The notes: generated by a model not told the origin, from the letters alone. Counted from the first letter of the stretch, positions 1 through 10,870 are shown. The stretch is DNA of 64,000 nucleotides from Alphaproteobacteria bacterium (GCA_964291265.2 OZ219747.1:3872001-3936000); one strand, 5' to 3'. Numbers and translations are program-made.

Positions 1-465
1 CGCCACGACGTTCCCGCGATGATCGACGAGAAAGGTCGTCGGCAGGCCAAAGAGCCGCATGGAACGCGCCAGCTTCATGTCCGGATCACGCTGGATCGTC
101 AGGTGACCAAGTCCGTGTTCATCATGGAAGGCCTTGATCTTCTCTTCGCTCGCCCTGTCCATCGCCATGGTGATGACAGCGAGATGGCTGCCGGCATGAA
201 GCGCCGCGAGGCGGTCAAGCGAGGGCAACTCCTCGATGCAGGGTGGACACCATGTCGCCCAGAAGTTGAGCACGATGACCTTGCCCCTGTACTCGCCAAG
301 AGTACCGGATCCGCCGCCCTCGATCAGATAGGAGGTCTCCGGCACCTGGAAAGGAGAATCGAGCCAGGCCAGGGTGTCGAGGGCCGTCGCCGGTTTCACG
401 CCGACCGCAAGGCAGAACAGGGCCGCCTGGCTCCACCAGATGACCGGCCGCCATGGTGTGATCAC
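1..465 (-). CDS. TlpA-family thiol:disulfide oxidoreductase (3' end beyond the left window edge)
   Basis: Manual translation from GTG at 465, which overlaps the dsbE stop: ...GEYRGKVIVLNFWATWCPPCIEELPSLDRL...GLPTTFLVD. Thioredoxin-fold WCxxC motif. Not in the ORF track because it is truncated. Confidence 0.88.
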   Translation of the reverse strand, partial: MITPWRPVIWWSQAALFCLAVGVKPATALDTLAWLDSPFQVPETSYLIEGGGSGTLGEYRGKVIVLNFWATWCPPCIEELPSLDRLAALHAGSHLAVITMAMDRASEEKIKAFHDEHGLGHLTIQRDPDMKLARSMRLFGLPTTFLVDHRGNVVA

Positions 466-995
466 GATCCGGCTCCCGTGATCATGGGCAGCATGTCGCG
501 GCGCCATGCATCCCGTGTGAGGGGCCCGACATGCTTGTAGACAATGACGCCGCCGGCATCCACGACGAAGGTTTCGGGAACTCCCCGCACACCCCACTCC
601 ACGCCTCCCCTGCCGTCGACGTCGGCAACGGTCGCGGTATAGGGATTGCCATGGCGGTCCAGCCACGCAGACGCCGCTGCGGGATCGTCCCTGTAGGCCA
701 GACCGAATATCCGCGCCGCTCCGCCGGCCGCAATCTCCATCAGCAGGGGATGTTCGTCACGACAACTCGCGCACCAGGAAGCGAAGACATTGACCAGTGT
801 GGGCTCTCCCTTGAAGTCCTGCGACGTGAAGGGCGGTCCGTGGCCCTTCACGGCAGGCAGAACGATCGCAGGCGCCGGATCCCCGATGAGGGCCGACGGC
901 ACGTGGGACGGGTCGCGCCCGAGACCGATCGCCAGTGACGCGGCAAGGGCGGCGAAGACCAGAAACGGAACCGCATGCCGCAATCGATGACGCAC
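462..995 (-). CDS. dsbE: DsbE/CcmG thiol:disulfide interchange protein
   Basis: N-terminal TM anchor, PSALIG.PAP, NVFASWCASC, GV.GVPETFVVD..G.I.YKHVGP. Confidence 0.9.
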   Translation of the reverse strand: MRHRLRHAVPFLVFAALAASLAIGLGRDPSHVPSALIGDPAPAIVLPAVKGHGPPFTSQDFKGEPTLVNVFASWCASCRDEHPLLMEIAAGGAARIFGLAYRDDPAAASAWLDRHGNPYTATVADVDGRGGVEWGVRGVPETFVVDAGGVIVYKHVGPLTRDAWRRDMLPMITGAGS

Positions 996-1013
996 CTTCG
1001 CCTCCCCCTCACC

Positions 1014-2195
1014 TCATCCACCGGGCAGTGTGGCGGCGAATCCGGCCATGCGAGCCCCGGCGCGGCGGAGATCGTCGTCGGACGCCGTCAACGACAGTCT
1101 GACAAAACCGGCGGCGGCACGACCGAAACTCTCACAGGCCAGAACGGCAACACCGGCTTCCTCGAGCAGCCTCCAGGAAAAATCCATGGAGGAGAGACCC
1201 GTGGCGCGCACATCGATCATCATGAAACAGGCGCCCTGGGGCCTGACGACGGAAAGATTGCCGCAGGGGGCCAGACTCTCGCACATCAGATCGAGACGTT
1301 CCTGGTAGCGCCGCGTCATCTCCCCGACCTCGGGGTAGTCCCCGCGAACCGCCTCGGTGGCCGCAGTCTGGATGAATGTCGGCAATCCGTAGTGGATCGC
1401 CAGCGCCAGATTGTACATATGCCTGGCAAATGCCACGGGGGCCACTGTCCAGCCGACACGCCATCCTGTCATCGCATGAGACTTGGAGAGGCTGTCAATG
1501 ACGACACAATGCGACGCCATGCCCGGAAGGCTGCAGGGGGAGACATGCCGGCGGCCATCGAAGAGAGTCCGGCTGTAGACCTCATCGCTGACAAGCCACA
1601 GGTCGTGAGCCCGGCAGAGATGCGCCAGCCCTTCGAGTTCGTCCGGGCCAAGGGCAGCTCCCGTCGGGTTGTGCGGCGTGTTGATCAGAACCACCCGTGT
1701 TCTCGGGGTGATGGCCGCCGCCACATCATCGGCATCGAGATGGAACGCTCGTTCGGGGCGCAGGGGAATGCTGACCAGCGTGGCGCCGCTGGCCTGGACC
1801 ACCGAGTCATAGGTCACGTAGCAGGGCTGCGGCACCACCACTTCGTCGCCGGGCTGGGCAAGGCACATGATGGCTCCGAAGAGCGCACCCTGGGCGCCGG
1901 GTGTCACGGTGACATTCTCCCAAGTGACATCCGTTCCGGTGTCACGGGCATGCCTGTCGGCAATGGCGCGCCTCAGCTCCCTGGCGCCGTCCACGTCCCC
2001 ATAGTGGGTGTCGCCCCGAGAGACACTCTCCACCAGGGCATCGACGATACCGGGAGGCGTGGGAAAGTCGGGATCGCCGATACTGAGGAGGATGACGTCA
2101 CGTCCGCAACGACGCCGTTCCAGGGCACGGGCATGAATATCCCAGGCCCGCGATCCCTCGTTCTCGAGGCGCGCAATCGTGGCGCTGTACCGCAT
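1014..2195 (-). CDS. Class I/II PLP-dependent aminotransferase (AruH/aspartate aminotransferase-like)
   Basis: LSIGDPDF, NTPHNPTG, DEVY and SLSKSHAMTGWRVG (PLP lysine) motifs. Confidence 0.9.
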   Translation of the reverse strand: MRYSATIARLENEGSRAWDIHARALERRRCGRDVILLSIGDPDFPTPPGIVDALVESVSRGDTHYGDVDGARELRRAIADRHARDTGTDVTWENVTVTPGAQGALFGAIMCLAQPGDEVVVPQPCYVTYDSVVQASGATLVSIPLRPERAFHLDADDVAAAITPRTRVVLINTPHNPTGAALGPDELEGLAHLCRAHDLWLVSDEVYSRTLFDGRRHVSPCSLPGMASHCVVIDSLSKSHAMTGWRVGWTVAPVAFARHMYNLALAIHYGLPTFIQTAATEAVRGDYPEVGEMTRRYQERLDLMCESLAPCGNLSVVRPQGACFMMIDVRATGLSSMDFSWRLLEEAGVAVLACESFGRAAAGFVRLSLTASDDDLRRAGARMAGFAATLPGG

Positions 2196-2237
2196 CGCTT
2201 CCCTGGCATTCGCCCGCAGGCTGAGGATTGCGGTGGC

Positions 2238-3335
2238 TCAGGCGGTCAGCAGCAGGGCCGAGTCTTCATGCCAGGTCAACCAGACACGTTCATGGTGCTG
2301 GCCAACGGCGGAGAGTTGACGCTCGGCATTCTGGGCGGCGACGGCGATCGGCTCCTCGCGCCCATCCACGGTGACATAGTAGTGACTGCGGTCGCCGAGA
2401 TAGGCCGTTGCCTGCATCGTGCCGGTGACCATGTTCCCTGTCTCTTCCGGTGCAGAGAAGGTCAACTGGAACTTCTCGGGGCGTATGGCGACGGTGATCG
2501 GTCCCGCCTGGGGCGCCTCGACACCGGAGGCCGTCGAGCGGACGGTCCCCAGACCTTCCGCATCGACAATGGTACTGTCACCCTCCCGGCCCTTGATGGC
2601 GCCTTCGAAGAGATTGATTGTACCAATGAAATCCGCCACTTCCTTCACCTGCGGCACCTCGTAGAGCCGGGTCGGTGAATCGATCTGCAGAACCTTGCCA
2701 AGCGACATGACCGCAATGCGGTCGGACATCGTCATGGCTTCTTCCTGATCGTGGGTGACGAACACGAAGGTGATGCCGACATCGCGCTGGAGAGCCCGCA
2801 ACTCCAGCTGCATCTGTTCTCGCAGCTTCTTGTCAAGAGCACCAAGCGGCTCATCGAGCAACAGCACCTTGGGCTGTTTGATGAGAGCGCGAGCCAGGGC
2901 GACGCGCTGGCGCTGACCACCGGACAGCTGATGAGCACCGCGGGCACCGTACCCGGGCAGCTTGATGAGATTGAGCATCTCGTCCACCCGCCGGTCAATC
3001 TCCGCCTTGGAGAGGCCCGACTTGCGCATGCCGTAGGCGATGTTCCGGTTGACGTTGAGATGCGGAAAGATGGCGTAGTTCTGGAACACCATGTTGACCG
3101 GACGATGGTGCGGCGGCACTCCGGCCTGCGGCTGGCCATCGATGAAGATGTTGCCCAAAGAGGGTTGTTCGAAACCTGCCAGCATCCTCAGCAGGGTCGT
3201 CTTGCCGCACCCGGAGGCGCCGAGAAGGGAAAAGAACTCTCCCTCGCCGATGTCGAAGGTCACATCATCGACAGCCTTGACGCTGCCGAAGTGTTTCGAC
3301 GTGTTTCTCATCGAGATGTAGTCGTCACGTGCCAT
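2238..3335 (-). CDS. Polyamine-type (PotA/PotG-like) ABC transporter ATP-binding protein
   Basis: Walker A GASGCGKT, LSGGQRQR signature, LLLDEPLGALD, C-terminal TOBE-like region. Confidence 0.92.
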   Translation of the reverse strand: MARDDYISMRNTSKHFGSVKAVDDVTFDIGEGEFFSLLGASGCGKTTLLRMLAGFEQPSLGNIFIDGQPQAGVPPHHRPVNMVFQNYAIFPHLNVNRNIAYGMRKSGLSKAEIDRRVDEMLNLIKLPGYGARGAHQLSGGQRQRVALARALIKQPKVLLLDEPLGALDKKLREQMQLELRALQRDVGITFVFVTHDQEEAMTMSDRIAVMSLGKVLQIDSPTRLYEVPQVKEVADFIGTINLFEGAIKGREGDSTIVDAEGLGTVRSTASGVEAPQAGPITVAIRPEKFQLTFSAPEETGNMVTGTMQATAYLGDRSHYYVTVDGREEPIAVAAQNAERQLSAVGQHHERVWLTWHEDSALLLTA

Positions 3336-3395
3336 GAGCCCTGTCCGTCATGATTGCAAGGTGAAACTGTACCAGGCCATTCCTCCGCAATCCGG

Positions 3396-4301
3396 TCAGA
3401 TTGCCGACCCGCTCTGCGGGCCGACACCGCGTCTGCGCAACACCTCGGCGACAGTCACGATGAAGAACGAGAAGATCAGGATAGTGGCGCCAAGGGCGAG
3501 CACCATCGGCAGTCTGCTCGGAAAGCGCAGCTGACTCCAGATGTAGACCGGAAGCGTCGCCTCGTTGCCCGCCAGGAAGAATGCCAGGATGAACTCGTCG
3601 AAGGAGATGGTGAAGGTGAGAAGCAGGCTCGCCAGAATGCCCGGCCAGGCAAGCGGCAGGGTGACCCGGAAAAAGGTCCGGACCGGTCCCTCGCCAAGGT
3701 CGAGCGACGCTTCCTCGAGGTTCTTGTCAAAGCCTTCGAGACGGGACATCAGCACCAGCATGGCAAACGGCACGCTGACCAGCGTGTGCGCGAGTCCGAT
3801 GGTGTAAAGGGAGAGTTCCATCCCCACCATGTTGGTGATCACCAGCAACGAGATGCCGAGAATGATGCCCGGCACCACCAGGGGCAGCATGATGAAAGCC
3901 GTGATGGCACCCTTGCCAGGCATCACGTAGCGCGTCATGGCCTTGGCCGCGAACAGCCCCAGGACCGTGGAGAGAACCGCAACGGCGCCCCCCACCTTGA
4001 CACTGTTGGCGAGGGCATCGAGCAACTGCTGCGTGTTCACCATGTCGCCGTACCACTCGAGGGAGAAACCCTTGAGCGGAAAGGCGACGTAAATGGAGTC
4101 GTTGAACGAAAACAGCGGCAGGAACAGCACCGGAATGTACAGGAAGGCGAGATACCATACCGCGTAGAGGAACATCGGTGCCTCGGCGGTCCAGTGATAC
4201 CCCTCGTGCTTGGAGGCGAAGTACTGCGGCACTTCCTCGCCGCGTTGATCCTGTGCGGCCTTTCGAGCCGTCAGGCTCCCCTGGGCGGTTGTGTCGGTCA
4301 T
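3396..4301 (-). CDS. Polyamine-type ABC transporter permease (PotC/PotI-like)
   Basis: FLYIPV..FSFN, GFSLEWY, EAA loop LEEASLDLG, FTISFDEF. Confidence 0.9.
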   Translation of the reverse strand: MTDTTAQGSLTARKAAQDQRGEEVPQYFASKHEGYHWTAEAPMFLYAVWYLAFLYIPVLFLPLFSFNDSIYVAFPLKGFSLEWYGDMVNTQQLLDALANSVKVGGAVAVLSTVLGLFAAKAMTRYVMPGKGAITAFIMLPLVVPGIILGISLLVITNMVGMELSLYTIGLAHTLVSVPFAMLVLMSRLEGFDKNLEEASLDLGEGPVRTFFRVTLPLAWPGILASLLLTFTISFDEFILAFFLAGNEATLPVYIWSQLRFPSRLPMVLALGATILIFSFFIVTVAEVLRRRGVGPQSGSAI

Positions 4302-5236
4302 GCGGATTTCGCCCTTCCGCGGGTCGTCGTGACAATGAAGACGACCACCAGGAAGGCAATCATCAACATGACTATCACCGACAGCGCCGCACCCAACGGC
4401 CAGTTGTTGGCCTTGCCGAACTGCGACTGGATGATGTTGCCGATCATGATGCCTGTCGTCCCGCCCACAAGGCGCGGCGTGACGTAATCGGCAACGGTCG
4501 GGATGAAGACCAGGAGGCCCGCCGCGATGACGCCGGGAAGCGACAGAGGCCAGGTCACCCGCCAGAAGCGCTCCGCAGGTGTGTCACCCAGATCGGTGGC
4601 GGCCTCGAGGTAGGATCTGTCGATCTTCTCCAGCGACACGTAGATGGGAAGAATGGCGAAGGCGGCCCAGGCGTGCGCCAGGGTCAGCACCACAGCCGTG
4701 GGATTGTAGAGCAGGAACTGCAGGGGTTCGTCGATCAGGCCGACGCTGATGAGCCCCGAGTTGACGACACCGTTGTACCCGAGGATGACCTTCCAGGCGA
4801 AAACGCGAAGCAGATAGCTCGTCCAGAATGGCACGGTGATGAGAATGAGCCAGACCAGCTTGTTGCTCTTGACCTTGAAGGCGATGAAGTAGGCCATCGG
4901 GTAGGCGAGGATGATGGTCGCAAAAGTGCAAAAGAGCGACATCCTGACCGACTTCATGATCAGGGCGACATAGATCGGCTTCTGGAAGAAGGCCTCGTAG
5001 TTGGCAAGCGTGAACGTCCTGTCGATGTCCAGATAGTTCTGGGTCCAGAAGCTGTAGGTCACCAGCATGAACACCGGCAGGCACATCAGCATGACCATCA
5101 CCAGCAGGGTCGGTGACAGCAGGGTGTATCCCCTGATCCACTCGTAGCGCAGGAACAGGGCGTTCACGCGGAAGATCAGGGAAGTCTGCCGCGTATCCCG
5201 ATAAGCAAGGGTCCGAGCACTGTCCGTCATTGCCAT
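4298..5236 (-). CDS. Polyamine-type ABC transporter permease (PotB/PotH-like)
   Basis: PFWTSYLLRVFAW, ILPIYVSLEKID, LEAATDLG, NWPLGAALS. Confidence 0.9.
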   Translation of the reverse strand: MAMTDSARTLAYRDTRQTSLIFRVNALFLRYEWIRGYTLLSPTLLVMVMLMCLPVFMLVTYSFWTQNYLDIDRTFTLANYEAFFQKPIYVALIMKSVRMSLFCTFATIILAYPMAYFIAFKVKSNKLVWLILITVPFWTSYLLRVFAWKVILGYNGVVNSGLISVGLIDEPLQFLLYNPTAVVLTLAHAWAAFAILPIYVSLEKIDRSYLEAATDLGDTPAERFWRVTWPLSLPGVIAAGLLVFIPTVADYVTPRLVGGTTGIMIGNIIQSQFGKANNWPLGAALSVIVMLMIAFLVVVFIVTTTRGRAKSA

Positions 5237-5470
5237 GGTGCCTTAAATGCCTCCCTCGGCGATTCAGCGCAGTGCTCACCCATAGCACACACTCCGGCCC
5301 CTCTGCCACCCCGGAATCTTCCCCGGCCGCAGGGAAGCTGCGGAACTTCCTGTCTGCCTCCGGCAAGGCCAGGAGCGGGAACTCATCGCCGAGGCGGCCA
5401 CTGCCGCGCCGCCATCGGCCGAATGCGTTGCGTGGCAACCACCGGAACTCTCTTCAACCCCGGCTGACCG

Positions 5471-5533
5471 ACATCCCGGTTGAGGCATGGATGTTCACGT
5501 ACATCCCGGTTGAGGCATGGCTGTTCACGTACA
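5471..5533. repeat. 30-bp tandem duplication (2 copies plus 3 bp)
   Basis: ACATCCCGGTTGAGGCATGG(A/C)TGTTCACGT at 5471-5500 and 5501-5530, one mismatch, no spacer. Confidence 0.9.
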
Positions 5534-5647
5534 CGGGCCTTCGCGCGGCGTGCGCGATCAAGGCCCATTTGGCAAGGAAGGGCTGGCGGCCCTTGCCATG
5601 GCTCCTTGTCGGTAAGCGTTCGGCCACGCGGTGATTGTTGGTGATAT

Positions 5648-5955
5648 TCACCGGTTGAGGATGCGTTTGGGAGGCGCACCACGTGGCGGTTCGCTGTTGG
5701 GTCCGAAGACGATGGGTCCGGGTCGGGTTGCTCGTCGTTGGGGTGGCGGCAGGGTGATGAGGCCGTCGCGGTGCATGGCCAGAAAGGCGACATTCGCCAT
5801 CATGTTCTTGAGGCCCCGTCGGGCTTGTATCAGCCGGTCTCGCGGCAGAAGGCGCGGGCGATGGCCGCACGGGTGGGGTGCTGGGTGATCAGGGAGCGCA
5901 ACAGCGCCATCTCGTGCGCGGTGAAGTCACGGCCGTCGTAACGGCACTCGATCAC
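5648..5955 (-). pseudogene. DUF4338 (DruA-like) passenger gene remnant with nonsense, frameshift and internal deletion
   Basis: GTG overlapping the tnpC stop gives MIECRYDGRDFTAHEMALLRSLI...FCRETG*YKPDG, then frameshifted GLKNMMANVAFLAMHRDGLITLPPP...PIVFGPNSEPP, and a final KRILNR* at 5648. Family assignment is from memory of DUF4338 N- and C-termini. Confidence 0.6.
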
Positions 5956-8408
5956 CCCGGTTCCATGAGGTCCCTTCGACGCTCCGGGGTCATCGACCAT
6001 GGCAGCCACGGGTCGAGGTCATCCGGCGGCTTGCCGCCGTTCTGCGCGCAGGCCTCAAGCCACTCATGAAGCCAGCGCCGAACATTGATGTTGTTCATGG
6101 CAAGGGTGCCGATGACCGAGTACATGATGGCGGTGAAGGCGGCGCCTTCCTCGCTGTCGGAGCCGAAGCTCAGCTTTCTCGCGGTCACCGCACCCCGGAG
6201 GGTTCTCTCGGCAAAGTTGTTGTCCATGGGCACCTGGGGATGGTCGACAAAGACGCACAGTCCCTCGCGGTGACGGATCAGGGAACGCAAGGGCTTCGCT
6301 TCGCGTGCACCCTCGGGCAAGGCGTCGAGTTCCTCCTGAGCCTGCCTGAACAGCGCCTCGACAGCCGCACGAAGGTCCTTCTGCAGGGCATTGAACCTCG
6401 CTGACTGACGCTTGCGTGCGGGATCGTAGTGCTTCAGCCGTTGCCCATTCAGTGTGTAGATCAGCGCGATCCTGTCGAGCCACTTGTCGCACCACTCTTC
6501 CAGCCCCTCTTGGCCTGCCGCAGCCTCGATCACATCGCGCCTGGAGTGCGCCCAGCAAAGGCAGAGGATCACCTTGCCATCAAGCTCACGCTCCAGTTTC
6601 CTGTAGACCACGTAGCGGTCGCAAACAAGGAAGACGACACCTTCGGTGGAGGCGAACAGCACCATGGCCACCCGGGTGCTGCGTGACGGGTCGATAAGGA
6701 AGAAGACGGAGTCGGCGCTGACCGCGGTCCACAGCCAGGCCTTCTGCGAGCGCCCCGAGGCCTTGAGGGACTGGATGCGCCAGCTGGTCTCGTCGCCGTG
6801 GCGCACCGTCAGCCGGTTCTGATGATCGAGGATGGCCTGAGCGAGAGGCGCGAACATCGGCGTCATCTTCTTCATGCCGCCAGCGATCGTTCCCGGCGCC
6901 ATCGGCAGTCCCTGGTCTTCCAGCCATCGCGAGACCCGGCGCAGGGGACGCAAGCAGGCGAAGCGCTCATAGAGCACGCATGCCCAGACACTGATGCCGA
7001 AGGGGGTATTCGCAAGCAAGCGCAAAGGTGGCGGCGCGATGATCTCCGCAGGCGCCGACGAACACTGACAACCACGGCGCCAACGCCCACGTTCAATCCG
7101 CCGGATATGAGCCTTGACATGGACCTCCATGATCGAGGTCTCGTGGCTGCCGTTGGCCACATAGGGCTCGCCGCAACACGGGCACGTGCGCTGCGATGCC
7201 GGTGGATCATGGCGTTCGTGCTTCTCCTTGAGCTTCGGACGCGGAGTGCGCCCGTGGCCGCTCTTGCCGGGTTGCTGACCCCGCTTGTTCCCGGTGCCTT
7301 CCTTCTTCTTCCGTTTCTCGCTCTTCGACCCGAAGCGCGCCGTCGCGTGCTTGGCACGCGTCCCGCGGAGATTCCTCAGCTCGCTCGCCTGTTCAGCGTT
7401 CTTGAGCTTCAGAGCGTCCCTTTCCCGCTCCAGCGCCTCCGCTCGGGCCTGTCCACGCTTCACCTCCCGGCGAGCCTCCTTGAGCTGATCACGAGTGCGG
7501 TCGAGATGAAACTTGAATGTGCCCGCACGGGCACGGGCAGAATTCTTCGCACGGCGCAGGTCAGACGCGGTAGGGATGCGCATTGCTGCGCACCCCCCGC
7601 GCAGATCCGGACGTGGACGTTAATCCATCCGGCTCCTACCTCGGGTACTGGACGGCAAACCACTGGACTAGCCTGCGGCTTCCCGTATCCGATCCGCCGC
7701 CTGTGGCACGCTTGCCCGACACTGCGTTCGGTGCGTGCTTTAGCGTCCCGGATTCCCCTTGGTTGAGGCCCTTTCCTCCAGCGACTCCGCAGAAGCTAAC
7801 GCTTCCTTGTTCGCCGCCTTCACAGGTACTACGGCCTCATCCGACTTCTTCAAACCGTACATCATAGGCTTCGGTTTTCTCCTTCCCCATGCGGTCCCGC
7901 CACAACCGGCGGGACGGTTTGAAGATCTCCCAGGGTCCCAACAGAAGGCGTGCGGACGTGCATGGGTTCTCTGACACCGCGGGGCTCGCCGACATCTCAC
8001 CAAATCGATGCCTGCGATGTTGCCTTCGACCAATGCGAAAGCCTCGGCACCCCGGATGATAGCTTTTTCGGTGCTCATTAGCCCTGCCCATCCGTACCGC
8101 TACCGACGCTTCGCCTGCCCCCTCGCGGGAACCGACGCACGGCTCGCGGAGAAACGTGGTTTGGTTACTCCTTCGTTCCAGGGGACTTTCACCCCCTACC
8201 TTCCGCCAGTTCGCCTGGCACACCGCATACGCGCTTCCGCCGCATCCGCACGAACCCGCTCCGCCTCATAGAGCGCACGCCAGTCAGGCGCCTCGCATGA
8301 CAAGGCCACTGACGCCCGACATAGGCCGTCACCACCTCCCGTCAGCTGCTGTGTCGCTCCGCGCGTCTCGGCAAAAGTCTTCATGGCCTCGACCATAATC
8401 GAGACCAA
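5952..8408 (-). CDS. tnpC: IS66 transposase TnpC interrupted by a group II intron (exon 1 8408-8224, exon 2 7563-5952; ~598 aa spliced)
   Basis: Coiled-coil N-terminus, CPCCG zinc finger, DDE motifs HGDETSW, LVCDRY, CWAHSRR, DNNFAERTLR. The exon join CG|T gives ...AEARMR-DLRRAKNSAR... in frame. Start could be 8408 (TTG), 8396 or 8384. Confidence 0.9.
7564..8223 (-). mobile_element. ORF-less group II intron (IIB-type, tentatively bacterial class E), 660 nt
   Basis: 5' GUGUG at 8223. Domain V GAGCCGGATGGATTAACGTCCACGTCCGGATC (7635-7604) with AGC triad. Domain VI hairpin ending CCCTACCGCGTC with bulged A at -8. Putative EBS1 CGCAU (8037-8033) complementary to exon end AUGCG. Only stubs of the intron-encoded protein (IEP) remain: MMYGLKKSDEAVVP...RIREAA and QWFAVQYPR. 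Confidence 0.92.
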
Positions 8409-8713
8409 ACGAGTTTACCAGCACTTTCTCAGACGATAGTCAGCAAGACCCAAACCAACCAAAATCAGCCATCACCGAACGGCCGAACGCTTACCCTTGT
8501 CGTGAGTGCTTGCGCGGTTCCCCGGAACGGCCATCACCCCGCAGGGATGCCCGCGATCTCCGAGGTCATCGCGGTCGCGTTGCAACGATGAGCATCCCGG
8601 CGCAGCGCCGTCTGCCGCCGGGCCTCTCCGTGGCGCCATCGAGGGACTGGTCCGTCGAGTCCTTCGACGATGCGGTGATCCGGATAGAGGAAACGGTCTT
8701 GACAGGGGAGAAC

Positions 8714-8772
8714 GCGCCCACCATGTGTGTTGGCACTCGACATCAGCGAGTGCCAACACACATGGTGGGCGC
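8714..8772 (+). promoter_or_regulatory. CIRCE (HrcA operator, 8730-8756) inside an extended perfect inverted repeat; CTTGACA -35-like element at 8698-8704
   Basis: TTGGCACTC-N9-GAGTGCCAA; arms extend to GCGCCCACCATGTGTGTTGGCACTC / GAGTGCCAACACACATGGTGGGCGC. Confidence 0.92.
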
Positions 8773-8805
8773 CGGTCCCGCCACTCACGAAGAGGAAGAG
8801 AGCTC

Positions 8806-9090
8806 ATGGGTTTCAGACCGTTGCATGACCGTGTTCTCGTGCGCCGTACTGACAGCGACGATGTGTCCACGGGTGGGATCATCATCCCTGACACTGCCAG
8901 GGAAAAGCCGATGGAAGGCGAAGTGATTGCCGTCGGACCGGGAGCACGTGACGACCGCGGCTCCGTTCAGCCCCTCGATGTCGCCAAGGGTGACCGGGTG
9001 CTGTTCGGCAAGTGGTCAGGCACCGAAATCAAGATCGACGGCGAGGAACTCCTCGTCATGAGGGAATCCGACATCATGGGTGTTCTCTAG
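8806..9090 (+). CDS. groES: Co-chaperonin GroES (copy 1)
   Basis: [14 protein letters not shown]...[24 protein letters not shown]; purine-rich RBS upstream of ATG 8806. Confidence 0.97.
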   Translation: MGFRPLHDRVLVRRTDSDDVSTGGIIIPDTAREKPMEGEVIAVGPGARDDRGSVQPLDVAKGDRVLFGKWSGTEIKIDGEELLVMRESDIMGVL

Positions 9091-9120
9091 GGCGACAGCC
9101 GCTCTGCACCCGCACCCTAA

Positions 9121-10809
<1,689 letters not shown>

Positions 10810-10837
10810 CCCTCCAGTTCACCGAACTCCCTCCAGC

Positions 10838-10870
10838 GGGGGGCCGTGGCATGGCCATGGCCCCCTTTTT
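10838..10870 (+). terminator. Rho-independent terminator of groESL copy 1
   Basis: GGGGGCCGTGGC-ATG-GCCATGGCCCCC hairpin followed by TTTTT. Confidence 0.8.

Larger units (their letters stand above)
5612..8494 (-). mobile_element. IS66-family insertion sequence (TnpC-only, ISBst12-like organisation) with a nested group II intron and a decayed passenger gene
   Basis: 24-bp terminal inverted repeats GTAAGCGTTCGGCC(ACGC/GTTC)GGTGAT at 5612-5635 and 8471-8494. 8-bp direct target duplication CCTTGTCG at 5604-5611 and 8495-8502. IS66 transposase inside; no tnpA/tnpB seen. Confidence 0.95.

Noticed and set aside
975-2678. Long ORFs antisense to real genes (e.g. 975-2678, 9016-10527, 18620-20419, 27349-28827, 31768-33390, 56019-58007, 59979-61733)
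   Set aside because: Shadow frames of high-GC genes with clear motifs on the other strand; they have no recognisable domains.
5471-5533. Possible CRISPR array from the 30-bp repeat
   Set aside because: The copies are directly adjacent with no spacers, there are only two units, and no cas genes are in the window.
7740-8078. 112-aa ORF as a functional intron-encoded protein or IS66 TnpA/TnpB
   Set aside because: It lies in intron RNA domains I-III, has no RT motifs (no YADD) and no TnpB motifs; only an IEP N-terminal stub.
8714-8723. GCGCCCACCA identical to the last 10 nt of tRNA-Lys, as an att site
   Set aside because: Only 10 GC-rich bases, on the wrong (upstream) side of the tRNA, part of the CIRCE hairpin, and no integrase present.
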